Source of the DNA: Camelus dromedarius
Lineage: Eukaryota
Assembly: GCF_036321535.1 (NCBI RefSeq)
Contig: NC_087437.1
Span: 61,444,001 to 61,508,000 of the forward strand
Direction: 5' to 3'
DNA length: 64,000 nt
The notes below the pieces were generated by a model, which was not told the origin of the DNA, did not search any database, and saw only the letters and a program-made list of their open reading frames with translations. The stretch's first letter is position 1. Every line of letters begins with the position of its first letter. Positions 36,701 through 64,000 of the stretch are shown here, in pieces. The position numbers and the translations under genes were made by a program.

Positions 36701-39700
36701 TAGGAAAGGAATCAAACTATCTTACTGGTGAGTTTTAGGCAGGCGAGTATGAACCCACAGTAGTCCTTTCTGTTCTCCCCACTGCTCCAATCTCATCCCC
36801 ACCTGGAGGGCAATTTGGCAGTATTTATCAAAATTACAAATGCATGTACTTTTTGTGCCAGCCACTCCACTTTGGAGACTTTATCCTAGATATACTTGCA
36901 CTCATGTGAAATGACATATGACCAGGTTTTCACTGCAATGTGGTTTGTATTAATAAAAGGTTGGAAACAAATGTCCCTCAATAGGTAAATTGTTTGTAAT
37001 CCATCCACACAACGGAAAATGTGCAGCTATAAAAAGGAATCCGGAAACTCTTCATGAGTAATAACAGAAATTTCTCTAAGATAGACTGCCAGAGAAAAAA
37101 AAGCAAGGTACAGAAATGTGTATATAGTATGCTAATTTTTAAAAAAATGTAAAGAGTAGGATATACATATATATCCTATTATATATATGTATATCTATAA
37201 TTTGCTTATATTTGCATAAAGAAACTGTAAGGATAAAAAGAAAAGTCATGAGTGGTTACTGAAGGGGGTGAGGCAGAAACTGGGCACATGGTTACAGAAA
37301 TCGGAGGGATATTTCACTGTACACCTTTCTGTGGATTTTAAGCATGTGAATGTATTAGAAAACTACATTTAAATACTAGTCAATAACAAAGAAAGAGAAA
37401 GAGAGAGAAGGAGAGAAAGAGAGAGTGGGGGAAGCCCTGTTGGTCCCTTTTCTCTCCTCAGGCCTCATTTGTGCTTTTCGCCTGGCAGGGCTTTCTTTTG
37501 GTTAGCCCTGTGGCTGCAGGACTTCCAGTGGTTACGGGAGACATACACACATCTTTTTTTAGACTTCTGTGTAGAGAGACCTATTATTGGCATCTAGCTT
37601 AAATCTTTTCAGATTCTACGTAGACAAAGGCTGAGAGGTGAGGGGGAGGAGAGAGAAAGGTGCTTTTTACTTCTCCATTTTCCCTGCTCGGCTGCTGGCG
37701 CTAAAGCAGTGTGTGTTTGCTGTAGAAAAAGGAGCTTGCGGGATAAGCCAGGAGTCTGGCTTCTGTTGCTGCAGTTGGCCAGCGGGGAGATAAAACCAGC
37801 TGGGAACTACAGGCATCACTGTCTGAAAGGCAAATAGGTGAGAAATTCCAGGCACTGTGAGAGAAAAGGACAGGACCTCCCTAGGCTTCTTGCCTAATGG
37901 GTACAGGTCATCTGTGCTGTGCTGCTGGGTTTCAGACTTGAGTCTTACTGGTCTGCAGTAGCCATTCCAAGGGCTGGTCACCAAAACTCCCAACTACATC
38001 CTAAGAACCTTCCCACCACTCAAGGTTTCTTTTAGCCCATGAACTCTCATCTCGCTAGTCTAGGGTTAAGTGCACCTCCAAAACCAAAGTACAGCTCTCT
38101 GCTTTCTGTTCCTCTCCCAGAAGCAGTTCACAGAACTGGGGCAGGCAAGGCTATATGCAAAGCACACCCTTGTGCTCTCCCCGCTCATAGAATAGTAGCG
38201 CTAGGTAGGTTCTCTTTCCTTTTTCATCACGTTCATCTTTGATCCCAAGAACGTCAAGCTCACAATGGGAAAGCTTGGGCCATCTGGCAGGTGCTTCACT
38301 AAACTTTAAAAGCAGTTTGATACCCTGGAGATCAGAAATGGGAGAGAGCTCTAGTTGATCAGCAGTAGAGCCAGCAGGATATGGTGGGCATAGTAGTCCC
38401 ATCCTCCCATTCTCTAAGCCAAAAGTTCAAAGGAAAAAAGGAAGTAGGATTGGGCCTCACTTTAACCAGTATGCTACAAAAATTATGCCTACTCTTTTTA
38501 CCACTAGAGGGTATAGTAAACCTACACGCATTTGGGGCCACAGAAAATGATGAATAACAAAGTAATGCCAGAAAGGAGGACTACTCAGCTCACAGTTCCC
38601 CCTTGTTTGTGGTGTGCCCCCAGTCCCCAGGAGGGAGTCCCCAACACAGCCATAAGTTTCCTCTCTGACCTGCCTCGCTGGCAGCAGGCTCAGGAGGTCT
38701 GCAAATCCTGAGGCCGAGGTTCCAGAGCGGCGCTGGTCTCTGCCCTTCCTGAGACTTAGTTGTTAATTTTTCTTGGATTTTGAAATGGATCCTGGTATCT
38801 TTCTAATACCTTGCCCCGTCCCCCAAGTCTTTTGCTCCCTGCTTAAAAAGTCAGAGTCAGAACAAAACATTTGGAATTTATCTAGTTTTTAGAGGTTTGG
38901 GGGTAATGAAGCGACAGTGATGATGATGATGTGCCACACGCTAGTCCAAAGGAACATAATTTCTCTCCTGAACCACTGCAGCCACCTGCCTCGGATATCC
39001 ACCGCGTCTACTCTTGTTTTACTCTATTTTCTGCAAAGTGGACACTGACATTTTAAACACATCAGTCACTCCTCAAATTAAAATTCTTCAGTGGCTTTCC
39101 AATGCTCTTAGAATAAAATCTAAAACCTTCGGTGCCCAGTTTTCTTAGAATAAAATCTGAAATTCTTAGTGAGTCCTTCTTGTAGTGCCCTGCCCAAACT
39201 CCTCCCATCTTAGGACCATCATAAATGCTAGTCCCAGGCCAGAGCCCTTTTCTCCCTCCCCTGAGCCTCATATTTTTGGGTCTTGGTTGAAGTATCACCT
39301 TCTCAGGGGTCTTACTTGTCTCCAATCTAAATTAGGGGCCCTCGTTATTTATTATTTTAATAGCACCTACTCTTTTCCTTCATAGCTCTTATTACTGCTT
39401 ATAATTACATGTTCATTGTGGTGACTTTGGGCAATGTCTGTCTTCCCCACAAGACTCTTAAGTGCTTTAAGGGGTGGAGACTATCTTTATTTTGCTCCCT
39501 GATATGGCCCCAGAGCCTAGCACAGAAACTAGCATATAGTAGGCACCCAAATACTGATGGATGATTAAATAGGAAGAGACTAGAATGGCTGGAGATGGTT
39601 GAGATTTAAGATAAGAATTTGTGTGTTAGTGGTAGAAAAGGAATGAGACCGATTTATTTTAAAGAGTAAAATCAACGGGACTTGATGACAGGGTTGGGGA

Positions 39701-40326
39701 AGGAGAAAATGCCTTTGTAGCTGAACATGCCACCTGACTCAGAGAGAAAGGAGTGAAAAAAAAACCCTAAATTTTCAGACCAGGGTGACTAATGGTTAGT
39801 TTGGGGAAATGTGATATTGATGTTGGTTTTAGGCATACTGGCTGGAGATAACCAAGGGACATCGAAGGGAAAATGTTCAGAAAGTTGCAGGGTAGAGCCA
39901 GAGCTCCAGTGGGCCAGAGGCATGAAAGAGAAACTCAACAGCCTGTTGTTCACAGAAGGGGGAACTGAAGCATCCAAGACAATTTGAGTGTTGTGGAGAG
40001 GAAGATTCACCTTGCTTTAAGTGACAGTTACATCAAGGGGATGGGTAGAGGCACACCCCATGCATCGGAAAGGATTGTGTGCCACAAAGTCTTTCACACA
40101 CGAAGAAACAGAAATCTAGAGAGGTGAAGTGATCTGCTCAAGGTCACACAGCACGTCAGTGACGAGGTATTCCAACCTGCTTTTCCTGACTTGTAAGGTC
40201 CAGTTTTCTTTGCATTATAACAGAGACTTCCTATATTTTCAGACATGCCTGCTTTACAGTAGACACTCAATACCATTTCCTGATAGTCAAGGCAGGCAAA
40301 TAAAAGGCAGAATTTCATTTCCTTAG

Positions 40327-40332
40327 TTTATT
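40327..40332 (-). terminator. Probable RUBCN polyadenylation signal AATAAA (3' UTR about 2.6 kb)
   Basis: Canonical AATAAA followed by a T-rich stretch, at the end of repeat-poor UTR-like sequence. Confidence 0.6.
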
Positions 40333-42920
40333 AAAGATGACAATGAACTGTTAGGCTGTGTATAAATTACAGCAAATAGAAACCCAGTTCAGAACATGAG
40401 TTTTACACACACAAGAACACTTCCATTTAGGCTCTCGCTCCTTTTATGTTAATTCAACCAAAGCTCTAAAGCCTTGGCAGAGAAAGTCACTAACAGCCTC
40501 ATTTAAGTGGAAATATTTGCCTTCCATTCTTCTGCTATGTCTTGAATTTTGTCTCACCTTGGAAGCAATTTTTCTCCCTGTATTTATAGAAAAGAACACT
40601 TCTTCCCTCCCATTTCATTCAGAAGGAACTCTCTTCAGTGCATTCAAAGCTTCTCCCTACAACAACAGGAATTCTCAGATACTGATAAGCTACAAAGTGC
40701 TTTCAAAACATCCCATTCCCTTTCCTCTCTCCCCCTATAAATAAATAAATGGATATTTGGACAGTGATGATAGCAGAGTGTCAGGGTCACTAAAACAGAT
40801 ATGCAACCTAAAGGGATGGGGTAGGGGGGATGGAGAAGAGTAAGTGAAAACCCGGGAGCATGTGAGATTGTTTCCATCCTTTGATCCTAAGCTAATGTGA
40901 AACAGGCATGACAACAAGGAGAATACGTCTTTCCTCCAGTGTACTGACTTGGAGTAAGGAGTTGTATTTGTAACTTAAACCAAAACTGGGGGTAGAGGTC
41001 ACCATTCTCACAAACCCCTTGGCCTGCGTCTGAGGCCTATTCCTCAGTGAGACGAGTTTCACAGGGTCATCCCAAAGCTCTTTGAAGGACAAGGGAGCTT
41101 CTAGTTCACCCTTCAAAACTGGGCTGGGCGGGAGGCTGGGACTTTCAGAGCCCTTTGGTCTCACCCATGAACCGAAGGGAGAGCAGCCTCAGGGTCTCCC
41201 AGCCTGATGTAGCCTTCAGATCCCAAGTTCAGGGCACAGGGACCAGCCACGTGGGTCAGTTCCTCGCTCCCTCTTGCGCTGGCAGAGACTCAGCTCTGGC
41301 CACTACTCTACTGCCCCTTCTATTTCCTGGGAGGCTCCTGGCTGCCGCCATCTCAGCCACCCATCGGCTTCCACCAACCTCGTGCAAACTTCTGTTCAGC
41401 TTCCTGGGGCAGCACCCCACCAAGTTTTTCTTCTAGCAACCAACTATGGATAGACAGGTACACAGAAAACAGTCAGTCCCAGAACAAAAATGCTGTGAGC
41501 TTTAGTTCACAGAGCTGCCAGCCCTTGGAGCAGAGACCCTGACCAGTGTCCTACATACAGGTCAGGGGCTACAGCAACTTACAGAACACCACAAACATGC
41601 ATGCGGTCTCATCAAAAACTCTTCTCATTAAAACACACATTTAAAAAGGGGATGTATGTGTGTGTGTGTTAAAATTAGTAATAAGAAAAGTGTGAGTGAC
41701 CATACAACTATCATCAGGCTAAAGAGTTAAGTGCATCACTGGCATAAAGGCTCTTGTTATCCCAAGAACACAGGAACACTCACACGCACATCCACAAATT
41801 GTCAAGTTGTCTAACACCATGAATAGCAGGAAGCATTTTCCTCAACTCTGACAAAAGAAACTAAGGCAAGAGATCAGCCACCAGGGAGGGTCCCAGCTCT
41901 GTTGCAGGAAGGGAGGGAGAGCATGGAGTTGGGCCAGACTTTTACTAGGAACCACAACGACCATCTAACAGAGGACACAGTGGTAAGAGACCCACTGATA
42001 AGATGGTGGATGGGGTTTGTCCTCGATTTAGGATGGCGTCAGGGACTTGCCTGAGCTCAAAAGGTCAAACCTGTCCCAGAGCAATGTTGACTAAAAAGGA
42101 CCTTATCACCTAAGAGAGGCCAACAGCTCCCCCAACTGAATAAATGTTCCTTGAACAACAGAGTTGTAGCCAAACCTGTGCTCTATGTAGGGCTCCTAGT
42201 AGGCCTGGCCTAAGCATCAGTCCTGTTCTTTGTGTCAAGTCCACCAGGGGAGATACAGAAAGGCAGCTGGTGACACCCTCTATGCCTAGACGGAATATTT
42301 CAAACAAGGAAGTCATGACTGCCTCCTTGAGGTCTCTGAAGATTCCAGGGTAGTAATAACGCTGCTTTTATGGCCTCAAAAATACCTATATAAGCTGGAC
42401 AAAACACCCACGATGTAGTCCCATTCTCTGCTGCTTCTCCTCAGGGCACAGTCTGACCCTATTCCAGGACTGGGAGAGAGAAAACTCCATCCTCCTGTTT
42501 CAGCAGCAAAGAATTGAGTTTGCCGAGAAAGGCCTGGCTCAGAAGCTCCAGAACTAAAACAAAATAAAACTGGAAATGATACTTGAGATGCAGCTGACGC
42601 CAGATCTGGTCCAAGTGGAGAAGGCCATGAATGTCAGAAAGAATTGGGTCTCACCGTCCATTCCCCTGAAGAGGTACCAGAAGTTTCACATGCGTCAGTT
42701 CTGATGGAAATTCCTGGTACTGACAAATTGTCACAACAGACTGGACCCCACCAACCTAACAAAGGTTGACTATACATGGACAGTAGACAGGTCATAAAAA
42801 TAATAATGATGATAATAATAAAAAAAAAAAAAACCAAGTGTGGAAAGTCCTTGGAAAGGTGGCTCAGTTCTGCACTATGTGTAACCCTAGCCCCTAGAAA
42901 GAGCATTTTACGTGCTTTCT

Positions 42921-63446
<20,526 letters not shown>

Positions 63447-64000
63447 CTAGGATATAAAAAGAAAGGGAAGGAAAGGTGAGCTGGAAGCCTTGGGTACATG
63501 TGAAGGGCTTCTCCACAACTAAGGACCAAACTCCCTATCACTACTGGTGCCCAGGACATATGGTGGCACCTCAGAAAACGTTAAATCATTCAAGGTTAGT
63601 AAAAAATTACTTAGAAGTAGCTAAGCCAAAAGCATGAGCTCTTGAGACAGTGGCTTCATTGCTTATTAGCATGCATTCCTTATCTGTAAAATGAGCAATA
63701 ATAACATCTACCTCATAGGACTGTTTTGAGGATCAAATAAGATAATACATAAAAATTGATTACAACAGAGCCTGGCACATGGTAAGCACCAAATAAACGT
63801 TAGCTATTATTACTGCAATGCCTTATTGGCAATGTGGATTAGAAACCCAGAGGAATCTAAAAACACCTTTTTCCTTCGTTATTTTAATGTCTCTTCTGAA
63901 CTGTCTTAGGCTAGTTGCTATTTACCTCTTTAAGATTTTTCATATTAAGACATGAAGTTTGACAAAGTGCACCAACCCAAGGCTCTATCTATAGCCAGCC

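Overview
Mammalian genomic DNA, most likely a camelid, judged from seven copies of a tRNA-derived SINE resembling Vic-1. Three loci lie in tandem on the minus strand. (1) A complete MUC20 gene: 4 coding exons, CDS 10713->1941, 498 aa. (2) An 8-exon secreted somatomedin-B-domain gene between MUC20 and RUBCN (22737->16298), which the ORF track shows only in fragments. It is probably the SMBD1 orthologue. Exon phases are fully consistent, but it carries an in-frame TGA at codon 25, a possible second TAG and a Cys->Tyr change in the SMB domain, so it looks like a recently inactivated unitary pseudogene. Its last two exons parallel the last two exons of MUC20. (3) The 3' part of RUBCN (Rubicon): 16 exons including frame-preserving cassettes, with the 5' end outside the window. 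The region between the SMB gene and RUBCN holds a 5'-inverted, poly(A)-tailed, internally deleted copy of a class I ERV RNA (gag-pro-pol-env-U3 inverted, R-polyA forward), embedded in a palindromic minisatellite that splits an old L1. The rest is L1, L2, MIR, LTR and DNA-transposon debris. All family and orthology names come from recognition, not from database searches.
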